A stretch of 64,000 bases of DNA, taken from NCBI GenBank assembly GCA_965238005.1, contig OZ250165.1, forward strand, positions 640,001 to 704,000, in the 5' to 3' direction. The position numbers and the translations under genes were made by a program. This document shows positions 45,909 through 56,277 of this stretch, piece after piece (the stretch's first letter is position 1; the number at the start of each line of letters is the position of its first letter). The notes beneath the pieces are model-generated. The model was not told the DNA's origin, searched no databases, and saw only the letters and a program-made list of their open reading frames with translations. The stretch is from Longimicrobiales bacterium. GTDB taxonomy: Bacteria > Gemmatimonadota > Gemmatimonadetes > Longimicrobiales > Gaopeijiaceae.

Positions 45909-47611
45909 ATGTCGACCGCCTGTTCGCCCTTTACGACCGTGTGGCCGAGGCGCCGGACGCCGTTGGCCGCCTGCGCCGGTTCGTGCTGGACCTCGCCGTG
46001 CGCGGCAAGCTGGTCGAGCAGAATCCGACCGATGAGCCTGCGTCGGATTTGTTGAAGCGGATCACGGCCGCAAAGGCGCGACTGGTGAGGATTGGCAATA
46101 TAAGGAAGCCAAAGCCATCAACCCCGATTGACCGCACGGAGGTCCCTCTTGAAGTGCCAATACACTGGACTTGGATACGGCTAGGCGACATAGGGACGCT
46201 GGCCGGAGGCATGACACCCTCCAAGAACCGACCTGAGTATTGGGATGGAACCGTGACTTGGCTTTCGCCCAAGGACATTAGGGCTGATGCGGTATCTGAC
46301 TCTGAACTAAAGATCACCGAGAAGGCCCTATCGGATACTCGCCTTAAGGTGTTCCCGGTGGGGAGCCTTTTCATGGTCGCCCGAAGCGGGATTCTCAAGC
46401 GAACATTTCCCGTTGCGATTAACCGTGTTCCTGCGGCAAGCAACCAGGATCTGAAGGTGTTGGTTCCTTTCTTGAAGGGTCAAGAACGATATCTACAGGT
46501 AATGTTCCGCGGCTTGACCAATTTTATTCTGAAGGATCTGGTAAAGACAGGGACGACGGTTCAGAGTCTCAAGTACGCGGAGTTCGAAGTCCAGCCAATC
46601 CCTCTCCCGCCTCTCGCAGAGCAGCATCGCATCGTTGCCAAGGTCGATGAGCTCCTAGCGCTCTGCGACCAGTTGGAGGAAACCCGCACTGCCCGTGAGG
46701 ACACCCGCGACCGGCTCACCCTAGCCAGCTTGACCCGCCTGAGCGCACCCGGCACGGATGTCTCGACGTTTCGTTCTCACGCCCGCTTTGCCGTCGATGC
46801 CCTGCCCGCTCTGACAGCCCGCGCCGATCAGGTCAAGCACCTGCGCCAGACCATTCTCAACCTCGCCGTGCGGGGGAAGTTGGTGGAGCAGGATCCCGCT
46901 GACGAGCCAGTGCCTTGCCCGGATCGCGCGATCCATACCAACATAGAGCCCCCGTTTCCGGTCCCATCCAACTGGCGATGGTCGCGCCTTCGCGCCCTTG
47001 GCACTCTCAAAGGCGGCGGAACTCCCTCCAAGGCTCGTGTCGACTTTTGGGGCGGAAGCATACCCTGGGTCTCTCCCAAGGAAATGAAGCGCGACTACAT
47101 CGAAGGAGCGCAGACGCAGATTACGGAGACGGCGCTCGCCGCCTCGGCGGTGAACGTCATCGAACCCGACAGCGTCCTCTTTGTGGTTCGCGGCATGATC
47201 CTCGCACATAGCTTTCCGGTCGCTATTTCTCGGGTTCCGTTGACGATCAACCAAGACATGAAAGCTATCACCTTGAAGTCGCCCGAGATGGCTGAGTATC
47301 TGCTTCGTGCGCTAAAGGCCTTGAAGCCTGAGATGCTGGCTCGAGTTCAGCGATCCAGTCATGGAACATGCCGCATCGCGGGTGCGGACTACCGTGATTT
47401 CATGGTCCCTCTGCCACCGCTCGCCGAACAGCGCCGCATCGTTGCCAAGGTCGATGAACTCATGGCGCTCGGTGAGCAGCTGGAAGCCGGACTCGGTGCT
47501 GCGGATGGCACACGCAGTCGGCTTCTCGATTCCCTTCTCCATGGGTCGCTGGGCTCCCACGATGCCACGATCAATGGAGCGATTGGTGGCGTTGCGAAGG
47601 TCGGTGGATGA
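45905..47611 (+). CDS. hsdS: Type I R-M specificity subunit S
   Basis: Two TRDs, repeated PLPPLAEQxRIVAKVDEL and LAVRGKLVEQ. Confidence 0.95.
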   Translation: MNVDRLFALYDRVAEAPDAVGRLRRFVLDLAVRGKLVEQNPTDEPASDLLKRITAAKARLVRIGNIRKPKPSTPIDRTEVPLEVPIHWTWIRLGDIGTLAGGMTPSKNRPEYWDGTVTWLSPKDIRADAVSDSELKITEKALSDTRLKVFPVGSLFMVARSGILKRTFPVAINRVPAASNQDLKVLVPFLKGQERYLQVMFRGLTNFILKDLVKTGTTVQSLKYAEFEVQPIPLPPLAEQHRIVAKVDELLALCDQLEETRTAREDTRDRLTLASLTRLSAPGTDVSTFRSHARFAVDALPALTARADQVKHLRQTILNLAVRGKLVEQDPADEPVPCPDRAIHTNIEPPFPVPSNWRWSRLRALGTLKGGGTPSKARVDFWGGSIPWVSPKEMKRDYIEGAQTQITETALAASAVNVIEPDSVLFVVRGMILAHSFPVAISRVPLTINQDMKAITLKSPEMAEYLLRALKALKPEMLARVQRSSHGTCRIAGADYRDFMVPLPPLAEQRRIVAKVDELMALGEQLEAGLGAADGTRSRLLDSLLHGSLGSHDATINGAIGGVAKVGG

Positions 47612-48757
47612 CTCGCGTTCCAATACCCCCGAAGATGCTTCGCTGGGCCTGCGAGCGTGCCGGCTACGACGTAGCCCACCTCGCGGCGCGCATCCCGCAG
47701 CTCCCGGCTTGGGTCCGACGCGAAAGGCAGCCGACGCTCAAGCAGCTGGAGAAGCTGGCCAAGGCTACGCATACGCCGCTCGGCTACCTGTTCCTTCCCG
47801 AGCCCCCCGACGAGCACCTTCCGGTTCCCGACTATCGCACCGTGGCGGGTGCCGCCCGAGGCAGGCCGAGCCCCGACCTGCTTGACACGCTCTACACGAT
47901 GCGACGGCGGCAGGAGTGGCTGCGGGAGTCCCTGGTCGAGAACGACGCGGAACCACTGGCGTTCGTTGGAAGTGCCCGCCTAGCCGATGAGCCGGACGCC
48001 GTGGGCCGCGAGATGCGGCGGGCGCTCGGACTCGATGGCGGCTGGGCTGCGGGAGTCCGCACTTGGCAGGACGCCGTGAGCGAATTGCGCCGAACGATCG
48101 AGGACCTGGGCGTGATGGCGGTGATCAACGGCGTGGTGGGGAACAACACGCACCGCCGGCTGAGCGTGGAGGAGTTTCGCGGCTTCGCGCTTACCGACCC
48201 CTACGCGCCTCTTATCTTCGTGAACGGCGCGGACGCGAAGTCGGCGCAGATGTTCACGCTCGCTCACGAGTTGGCGCACGGTCTGGCTTGGGACGGAAGG
48301 GCTCTCCGGCTTCCAGGCCCTACTGCCCGGCGGTTCGGACGTGGAGGACTGGTGCAACGCGGCGGCAGCGGAGTTGCTCGTGCCGGCGAGGGAGCTAAGG
48401 GAGCGGTGGGGGGAAGTCGGGCAGGGAACGAGTCGCTTCGAGACGCTTGCCCTAGGGTTCAAGGTCAGCCCAATCGTCGCGTCCCGTCGAGCCCTCGACC
48501 TGAACCTCGTTGAACGGAGCACCTTCTTCGAATTCTACGAGCGCTACGTCAGTCGCGAGGGTGGCGGTGGCAGGACACCGGCCGGGGGCGATTTCTATAA
48601 CAACCAGAACACCCGCGTCGGGGAACTCTTTGCGACCCGGGTGCTGCGCGCGGCGATGGAGGGGCACATCGGCTTCAAGGAAGCCTATGACCTGACGGGG
48701 CTGCGTGGAGGAACGTTCCAGCGATACGCCAGTCGGCTGGGCGTGGATCTCCCATGA
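47608..48757 (+). pseudogene. HTH plus ImmA/IrrE metallopeptidase with +1 frameshift near 48280
   Basis: QPTLKQLEKLA HTH, FTLAHELAH, then WLG...EDWCNAAAAELLVP in a shifted frame. Confidence 0.85.
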
Positions 48758-49245
48758 TGGGCGACCGGACCTACCTCGTGGATTCGGACGTGTTCATCAC
48801 GGCGAAGAACCTCTACTACTCGTTCGATCTCTGCCCCGGCTTCTGGAAGAGCGTGCTTCACCGCCACCGGGAGGGCCGGGTCTTCAGCGTCGACAGGGTT
48901 CGCAGTGAACTCCTTGCGGGGAGCAAGACGGATGACCTCGTCCGGTGGGTGAGAGACACAGTCCCGGACGATTTCTTCCTGCCCGTGGACACCGAGGCGG
49001 TGCTGCGCGCCTATACGGACGTCATGATCTGGGTTCAGCGTCATCCAAGGTACTTCGACCATGCGAAGGCGAAATTTGCGACCGGCGCCGACGGCTGGCT
49101 GGTCGCCTATGCGCGGGTTCATGGCGCGACCGTCGTGACGAACGAGCAGAGAGCGCCGGAATCCAGAAAGGAGATCAAGCTCCCGGATGTATGCGATCGG
49201 TTCGGTCCCCCCGTCGAGGCGGCAGGCACCCAGATCCCCTGTTGA
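48754..49245 (+). CDS. DUF4411-like PIN-domain protein
   Basis: YLVDSDVFI, ADGWLVAYA, VVTNE, IKLPDVC; coupled to the ImmA gene. Confidence 0.85.
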   Translation: MMGDRTYLVDSDVFITAKNLYYSFDLCPGFWKSVLHRHREGRVFSVDRVRSELLAGSKTDDLVRWVRDTVPDDFFLPVDTEAVLRAYTDVMIWVQRHPRYFDHAKAKFATGADGWLVAYARVHGATVVTNEQRAPESRKEIKLPDVCDRFGPPVEAAGTQIPC

Positions 49246-49363
49246 CCCAGTCGCGCAGGCGATGGTTCCGACGGTCTCTGACCATACGTGGAGCGTACCG
49301 GTCGACGTGCTGCCGTACCTCGGTAAAGCCAGATTCGCGGCGGTGGTGGATGATCCGCTTGGA

Positions 49364-50644
49364 TCAGACCGTCGCCAGCGTGCGTAGAGCGCGCTGCACG
49401 CTACTCTGGGAGCTTGCTGGGGACGCAACGTCGAACGGCACGAAGACGAGCTTCAGGCCGTCGAAGAACCGGGCGGTGAACGGGCTGGTGAAGGCGCCGC
49501 TCCGGGGGTAGACCAGGGCCACGGCCCGGCACTCGTACAGCTTGCCGTAGGCGTAGAGCTGGTACAGGTCGGAGCTGACGATGTCGTGGATCCGGCCGGA
49601 TCCTCCCCTGCCGATGTGCTTCCACTTGGCGTCGAGGATGAACCGGACGGCGTTGGGGGGGTCGCGGAGCGAAATGTCCGGCTTCATCGCGAACACGCGC
49701 TTGCCGCCGATCGAGGCGATGTGCTTCCGTGGCCCTTGGGCGACCACCTGATACTCGGCTTGGTGGCGACGAAAGCTGTGGGTCACGAAGTCCTCGTACA
49801 CTTCCTCCATGGGGAAGAGCAGCGACTGATTGACGTGTCTGCCGGACCAGGTCGCAAGCCCCCGGTTGAAGAGGAAGAGGTCAACCCACTGCATGACCCG
49901 GCCGTAGTGCTGCATGGAGCGATCTATGCTGTGGCTGCGCCAGTCCGCGCGCGGGTCTCGGGTCGCCGGCACCCCGCTGAACGCCGGCCCAAGGTCCGCA
50001 AGCAGCCGCCGGTTGCGTTCGTTGCGCACGATGGGCTTGAGCCTGTCGAGGGTGGTGCGGATGAGCCGGTTGGCGGGGCGGTTGGGGCTCAGCTCGTCGT
50101 GTTCCACGTAGAAGCGTGAACGGTCGATCTGGTTCTCGCGCAGGTGATGCCGGAAGGCGATGCGGCCGCGCAGGAAGGGCAGATTCTCTTGGGTCGCCAC
50201 GTACCGTCGGCCGAGGCCGCCTCGAACCAGCAGGCTGACGTTTTCCAGGAAGAGTCGGACAAATACCTCGAGCATGGGAAAGCGCCGCAGCGTCCGAATG
50301 GCGCTGGGAGGGAGGTTCGCTGCCCTCTTCAGGCCGCGGTAGGCGCGCAGCATCGTTAGGAATGCCTCGCGAGTCTGCTCGTGGCCCGCGTACGCGACCC
50401 CGCCAAAGTCGATCTTGGGCAGGATCTCGACGACTGTGCCGCGCTTCGTGGTGATCGTGCCAACGTAGTTGCTCGCGTGGAGTCTGCCACTCCGGCCAAA
50501 GTGAAGGACCGGGCCGTATCCGTGTTCCTGAAACGCACGTGCATTGTCGTGCGCGAAGGCCTTCAGATCCTCCAGATCGCGCCTGTCGAGCCCGAGTCTG
50601 ATGCGGAACTGCTCGTACTCCCGAATGGTGTAAACACTAGGCAT
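49364..50644 (-). CDS. mcrC: McrC restriction nuclease subunit
   Basis: NYVGTI, EILPKI, LLFPMEEVYE, MKPDI...ILDAKWK, DLYQLYAY. Confidence 0.92.
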   Translation of the reverse strand: MPSVYTIREYEQFRIRLGLDRRDLEDLKAFAHDNARAFQEHGYGPVLHFGRSGRLHASNYVGTITTKRGTVVEILPKIDFGGVAYAGHEQTREAFLTMLRAYRGLKRAANLPPSAIRTLRRFPMLEVFVRLFLENVSLLVRGGLGRRYVATQENLPFLRGRIAFRHHLRENQIDRSRFYVEHDELSPNRPANRLIRTTLDRLKPIVRNERNRRLLADLGPAFSGVPATRDPRADWRSHSIDRSMQHYGRVMQWVDLFLFNRGLATWSGRHVNQSLLFPMEEVYEDFVTHSFRRHQAEYQVVAQGPRKHIASIGGKRVFAMKPDISLRDPPNAVRFILDAKWKHIGRGGSGRIHDIVSSDLYQLYAYGKLYECRAVALVYPRSGAFTSPFTARFFDGLKLVFVPFDVASPASSQSSVQRALRTLATV

Positions 50645-52799
50645 CGATTCGAGACTGATCGTCGCCGGTGTCGGGATTCTCGTCCTGCCGCGGGTTACCA
50701 CCGACTGAGGCGCTCTCGTCGTATATGCGCCGGTACTGGACCGGATCCCGCCACTCCTTCGCCGTCGTAGGAAGCACCTCGTGGATGGCGGTGTCCGGAT
50801 CCAGCAGGCCCTCGTCCACCAGGCCGGACGCGTGCTCGCCGTCCTTCTTCACGACGACGAAAGCCGCGCCGCCCAGCACATGCCGGACCTTCGACCAGTC
50901 GTCGTAGAAGTACTCCAGCAAGAGGGGGAGGATGGCCATTCGGAACTTGTCGGCCAGCGATTCGACATCGTTCACGTTGAAGAGGTAGGTGTGGCCGATC
51001 TGGCGTTCGCGATCCAGGAGCAGCGAGATGCGCCCGTTGATCGCCTTCAGCATCTTGCGAAGGTCGATACCGGCGACGCTATCCGCGATGAGCGGATGAT
51101 CCGGGTTGGGCATCATCTCCACGTGGTCGAACCTGCGCCGTAGGGCGGTGTCGAGAGGAAGAATGGAGCGGTCGGCCGTGTTCATGGTGCCGATGATGTG
51201 CAGGTTGCCCGGAACTCCGAAGCGGTCGCCGGAATAGGGCAACGTGACGGTCGTCTCGTCTTCCTGGCCGAAGCGGCGGGACGGTTCGATCAGCGTGATG
51301 AGCTCGCCGAGGATCTTTGGGATGTTGCCCCGATTGATCTCGTCGATGATGAGGACGTAGGGGCGGTCGGGATCGGCCAGAGCCGCGTCCGCGATTGACC
51401 TGAAAATTCCGGGCCGGAGTTCGTAGCCGATGTCACCGCCCTTCCCGAGCCGGGGCCGGATGCCTTCCACGAAGTCCTCGTAGGAATAGTTCTGGTGGAA
51501 GGTGACCATGGCGATCTGGCCGGTCGCATCCATGGGATTGAAGCGGAGACTGCGGAATTCGGTGCGGTGTTCCTCATTGACTTCATCCGCCTCGATCCCC
51601 TTCACGATGGCCATGGCAAGAGTGGTCGTGCTATAGGTCTTGCCGGTGCCGGGTGGGCCGTAGAGGATTTGGTTGAGCTGGTGGACGGCGGTGGGTGTGG
51701 CGCCGTCCGGTGGTGGCAGCAAATCCACGGTCGCCGAATAGGCGGCGCATTTGGCGAAGGCCTCGTAGGTGCCGCGGCCAGCTCTCGAAAAACGGACCGC
51801 CGGAATGTCGACGGACAGGGGCGCCTGCTTCTTGTTCACCCACAGCACGTGTATTCGACTGTTCCGATGTAGCCGCTCGCTGTAATCGTTACGGTACACG
51901 ATCCCGATCCCACGCCCTTCCTGTCTCCCCGAGCGGACAAGAACGACATCGCCGGGCATGGGTTCGTCGAGCCGGTAATCTTGCTTGAGCCCTGGGAGCA
52001 CCTCGTCTTCCGCAGGCGGTTGCTTGTCTCCGTGTCCACCATGGTAGGCCCAGTTGTTTTCAAGGAAATCGGGCCACCTGTCTTCACTAGCGCTGATCTG
52101 ATACCAGCGATTGCCTTCGCGCGGAAGGGTTCCGCTCGTCCACAGGTAACCGAAGATGTTGATCTCGTAGCACTCGCAGCCGGGGAACGCGGTCTGCACC
52201 GTGCCCATTTCGTCGACGTACTCAGCCCAGGAAATCTCGGCTGGGGACGTGATGAACCTACCGATACCCAGCGGCAATACGGCCTTCGTGTCAAAGGGCA
52301 GAAACGATCTCGGATTGATCAGAAAGAGGACTTGCGTGAGTTTTGGGACACGGACTCCGTTGATCTGCAACATCTTGGCGAAGGTGTCGGCCCTAACGGC
52401 ACCGTACGATGTACCATCGAGGGCGCGCGCTTGGTTGAACATCTCCCAAAGAAGCTCAGGATTAGCTCCGCTGTTGTTGAACCTCACCGCCATCGCGGGC
52501 GGAGTCGGAAGGATAAAGCCGTCGTCGAAGCTGTGGTCGAGGTCGCTCTCGATCCCGAACACTTCCGCGACGCTCCCGTAGATCGTCCCCCTCTTCTCCG
52601 CCTTGCCGCCCGCGATCGACGCAAGATGGTAGAAGAACGTCAGCGGGTCGGCGTTGTCCTCCCCGTTTGCGAGCACGTGGCACGTCCCCCCCACCCAATC
52701 CACCTTCTTCGCCCTCGCCACGAGCCCCTTCCGTCCACCCTCCCCCACCTCTTGGGCTAGCTCCCCAAACCACGGTACCCATTGGAACAGCTCCTTCAT
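50637..52799 (-). CDS. mcrB: McrB AAA+ GTPase
   Basis: ILYGPPGTGKTY, FHQNYSYEDFVEG, IDEINRGN, GTMNTADRS. Confidence 0.95.
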   Translation of the reverse strand: MKELFQWVPWFGELAQEVGEGGRKGLVARAKKVDWVGGTCHVLANGEDNADPLTFFYHLASIAGGKAEKRGTIYGSVAEVFGIESDLDHSFDDGFILPTPPAMAVRFNNSGANPELLWEMFNQARALDGTSYGAVRADTFAKMLQINGVRVPKLTQVLFLINPRSFLPFDTKAVLPLGIGRFITSPAEISWAEYVDEMGTVQTAFPGCECYEINIFGYLWTSGTLPREGNRWYQISASEDRWPDFLENNWAYHGGHGDKQPPAEDEVLPGLKQDYRLDEPMPGDVVLVRSGRQEGRGIGIVYRNDYSERLHRNSRIHVLWVNKKQAPLSVDIPAVRFSRAGRGTYEAFAKCAAYSATVDLLPPPDGATPTAVHQLNQILYGPPGTGKTYSTTTLAMAIVKGIEADEVNEEHRTEFRSLRFNPMDATGQIAMVTFHQNYSYEDFVEGIRPRLGKGGDIGYELRPGIFRSIADAALADPDRPYVLIIDEINRGNIPKILGELITLIEPSRRFGQEDETTVTLPYSGDRFGVPGNLHIIGTMNTADRSILPLDTALRRRFDHVEMMPNPDHPLIADSVAGIDLRKMLKAINGRISLLLDRERQIGHTYLFNVNDVESLADKFRMAILPLLLEYFYDDWSKVRHVLGGAAFVVVKKDGEHASGLVDEGLLDPDTAIHEVLPTTAKEWRDPVQYRRIYDESASVGGNPRQDENPDTGDDQSRIDA

Positions 52800-53487
52800 C
52801 CGCGCACCCCGCTCATCTCCTTTGCTCGCCTGGGGAAGTCATTCGTGTCGTTCAATGGTTTCATCTCATCGTCGATCCGGTTCAGCGGCAGGATTCGTAT
52901 CGCCCATCCCACGAGATGCAGCAAGTGGCCGGTAGAGCCCGGTGGACTCCCACATTGACGAGCCCGTTAATGGTTGGCAAGCGCTACGCGCAGGGCCGTC
53001 GATCACGGCCACTATCCCACGACAACGACCATGGCCACCGCCTCGTGCCGCATCCGACGGCTTCCGCCGTCCTCGCCGCGATGGACGTGTCGGCATGAGG
53101 AAAAGGGGGGCGAGCCCCACCCGCGAACTCCGGCTCTGTGGCGGATACAGTGCAGCGCACACAGGGATAATAAGCGATGCTGCGTATCTGGGCGCTCGCT
53201 AGCGACCCTGCGTCCAGATCCCCGGCGTGGTGTCGAGCTGAGTGCTCTCCCGCGTTCGAGCGCCACGTCCCCGCGTGAGCGGGTCCCCGGTCGAGGGTCC
53301 CGGCCCGCTGGCGCGCCGTCGGCGCAACGGCCCGTGGTCCGTGGCAGCCGCCCATCCGTCGTCCGTGGGTTTCTGTCCTAAACCCAACGGGTAACACGAT
53401 TTACGATCTTCGCACACACCCAGTGATACACGTCTCCCGCAAGGTACTGCCAAGTCGTTGTCCCATCGGGACTTGGGCAGACTGATC

Positions 53488-53945
53488 CCGGCTTCCCGCT
53501 CAAGCTGCCGGTCGCGCTCGAGGCCGAGCGCGCCCTCTTCGTCTACGTCGAGCCCGGACACGACACCTCGACGGCGCTACGCTCGTGGGGCGAAGCGCAC
53601 CTGGGCCTCTGGCAGGCGCTCAGCGAGCGCGGCCGGTCCGTCGAGGTCGTGGCCGTCGTCCGCACTCTCGAGGAGTTCGCTCGGGCCCGGGCGATACTCG
53701 GCGGCTGGGCAGAAGCCTCCGGCCCGGCCGAACCGGACGCCGGGATCCGTGAAGAGATCGACCGTATCGAGCGTGCGATCCTGCAAGGCGCGATCCAGAT
53801 CCTCGACGAGTTCGGCGGCCTTCAGGCCGCGTTGAAACGCAGCGTCGCGCTGACGAAGCAGGCACGTCGGCAGCGCGGCCGAGGGCCGATCCACACCGGC
53901 CGCACCTGGCAAACGGTGCGCCTCTCAGGGGCGCACTTCCGATGA
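53488..53945 (+). pseudogene. 5'-truncated hypothetical gene
   Basis: Open frame FPLKLPVALEAERALFVYVEPG... begins abruptly after palindrome CCAAGTC...GACTTGG at 53450-53476. Confidence 0.6.
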
Positions 53946-54237
53946 CCGGCCTGCGTGTCATGCCACCACTAGGGCGTGAAAACGACGCGCGGGGTCGATT
54001 CACGACTCGGCCCGGCCCGGATTCACACGCGGCCCACCGCATATGCGCCGACGCCACTGCGTCTTACGCCCCAGCGGCCCGGCCGGACGTGGCCAGACGG
54101 GCCGATGAGGCGGATATGGGAGCGACCCCGCCCGCGGACGCCCTAGTGATGGCGTGGGGGCGTGCGTGTTTTCACACGCGCTGCCCCCGGCGGGGTCGCT
54201 CCCGGTCATCGATCCCTCCGGGAAGGGTGTCGGACCG

Positions 54238-56277
54238 ATGAGGCCCTGGACGCTGGTCATCATCGGGGTGGCCCTGACGGCGGCCACGGTCCGCGCGTTC
54301 CTGGCGCCGTTTCCGGGCATCGGCGGGAACCCCGTGCTGGACCTGATCGCCTACCACGATCCGGGCCTACACACGGTGATCCACGTCTGGTACTACGCGG
54401 CGCCAGCCGTCGCCTTGCTGCTCGCCGGCAGCGTCTGCCTCTCGGTCTCGAGGGTCTGGCTCGAGCCGCGTACCCGGCGCGGCGCTCGCGGGAAGCTCCC
54501 CGCCTGGCCCACCTCGGCCACGGACGAGGCGCCCTCGCTCGTGATCGGCGAACTGCACCATCCGACCGTGCCGCGCGAGAGCGAGCGGCCGTCGTGGCTC
54601 GTCATCCCGGAGAAGGGGCTCTACACCGGCATCCTCATCGTGGGTGCCGTCGGCACCGGCAAGACGACCGCCTGCATGTATCCGTTCGCCCAGCAACTGC
54701 TCTCCCGGCGGGCCGACGAGCCGACCCGCCGCGCGGGCGCGCTCGTGCTCGAAGTCAAGGGGGATTTCTGCCACCAGGTCCGCGGCATCCTCGAAGACGC
54801 CGGGCGCGGGGACGACTACCTCGAGATCGGGCTCGACGGCTCCTGGCAGTGGAACCCGCTCGACGATCCGCTGCTCGATTCCTACTCGCTGGCCTACGGC
54901 GTCGCCTCGCTCATCAACCAGCTCTTCGGCAAGAGTAGAGAACCGTTCTGGCAGCAGGCGTACACGAATCTCGTGCGGTGGATCGTGGAGCTGCACCGGC
55001 TCCTGCCGGGGGGCTGGGTCACGCTCCGGGACATCTACCGCTGCACCGTGGACGCGGAGTTGTTCGCGGGGAAGATCGGCGAGGCCCGCGAGATGGCCGA
55101 CCGGATCTCTCCGGTGGACGCCGTCATCTCCAGCGACGACATGATCGCCCATGCGCAGGCGCTCAAGAAGTGGGACTGGGCGCCGGTGCCCGGCACTGAA
55201 CAGGTGCGCTGCCGGATGGACGCGGAGCTTCGGGCGCAGCTCGCGAAGCACGAAGTCGCATGCGAGGTGGAAGCGGCCGGGGGAGGCGCGGGCGGCGAGT
55301 TCAGGCAGCAGGTCGAGGCCATCGAGCGGTGGTACGTGCACGACTGGACGGTGCTCGACGCCAAGCTCCGCACCTCGATCGTCGAGGGCATCAGCGTCTT
55401 CCTGTCGCTCTTCGACCAGCCCGAGGTCGCCGGCGTGTTCTGTCCGCCGCCGCCGCCCCGAGAGGAGCCTCCCGATGAACCCACGCCGGACGAGAACGAC
55501 GACACCGAAGGCGCTGGCTATCCCATGCCGGGGCTCCGGCGGAGGCTGCCGCCGCTCTCCGATCTGATCGAAGACGGACGGGTCCTCGCGCTCAACATGC
55601 CCGCCGGAGCGAACCCCGCGCTCGCCCGCGCCATCGGCGTGCTGCTCAAGAACGCTTGGATGCAGGCGCTGCTCCGGCGGCCCGCCGAGGCCGCGCGCCG
55701 GCCCGACCGCTACATGCGACCCGCCGTGTTCATCTGCGACGAATACCAGGCGTTCGCCACCGTCGGGCAGGACGACCCTTCGGGCGACGAGAAGGCGTTC
55801 GCGCTCACGCGCCAGTGCCGCTGCATACCCATCGTCGCCACGCAGTCGATCTCCTCGCTCCGCTCCGTGCTGCCCTCGGGCGAGGCGTGGCGCACGCTCG
55901 TCCAGACGCTCCGCACCCGGATCTTCCTGTCGCTTTCCGACGAGGCGTCGGCGCGGGTCGCGTCCGAGATGTGCGGCAGCGTCATGAAGACGCAGGCCTC
56001 CCACACGTTCACCGAGAACACGGGCCGGCCCGAGTTCTCGCTCCTCTCCGGACGCGCCGGAGGCGGACGCGGCACCATCGGCACGAGCAAGTCGTTCCGA
56101 CAGGCCCGCGAGCCGGTGTTCACGCCGCGCGAGTTCTCGCTGCTCGCGAACTACCAGGCGATCTGCCTGCCGTATGACGGGGTCGTGTCGCTCCCCGCAC
56201 GGCGCGTCTACCTCAAGCCCCACTACCTGCCGCGCGAGACGGGCTACTGGCGGCTTCGTGAGGAGGGACGGATATGA
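54238..56277 (+). CDS. VirD4/TraD-like type IV coupling protein
   Basis: Two N-terminal TM helices, GAVGTGKTT, FICDEYQAF, ATQSISSL. Confidence 0.88.
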   Translation: MRPWTLVIIGVALTAATVRAFLAPFPGIGGNPVLDLIAYHDPGLHTVIHVWYYAAPAVALLLAGSVCLSVSRVWLEPRTRRGARGKLPAWPTSATDEAPSLVIGELHHPTVPRESERPSWLVIPEKGLYTGILIVGAVGTGKTTACMYPFAQQLLSRRADEPTRRAGALVLEVKGDFCHQVRGILEDAGRGDDYLEIGLDGSWQWNPLDDPLLDSYSLAYGVASLINQLFGKSREPFWQQAYTNLVRWIVELHRLLPGGWVTLRDIYRCTVDAELFAGKIGEAREMADRISPVDAVISSDDMIAHAQALKKWDWAPVPGTEQVRCRMDAELRAQLAKHEVACEVEAAGGGAGGEFRQQVEAIERWYVHDWTVLDAKLRTSIVEGISVFLSLFDQPEVAGVFCPPPPPREEPPDEPTPDENDDTEGAGYPMPGLRRRLPPLSDLIEDGRVLALNMPAGANPALARAIGVLLKNAWMQALLRRPAEAARRPDRYMRPAVFICDEYQAFATVGQDDPSGDEKAFALTRQCRCIPIVATQSISSLRSVLPSGEAWRTLVQTLRTRIFLSLSDEASARVASEMCGSVMKTQASHTFTENTGRPEFSLLSGRAGGGRGTIGTSKSFRQAREPVFTPREFSLLANYQAICLPYDGVVSLPARRVYLKPHYLPRETGYWRLREEGRI

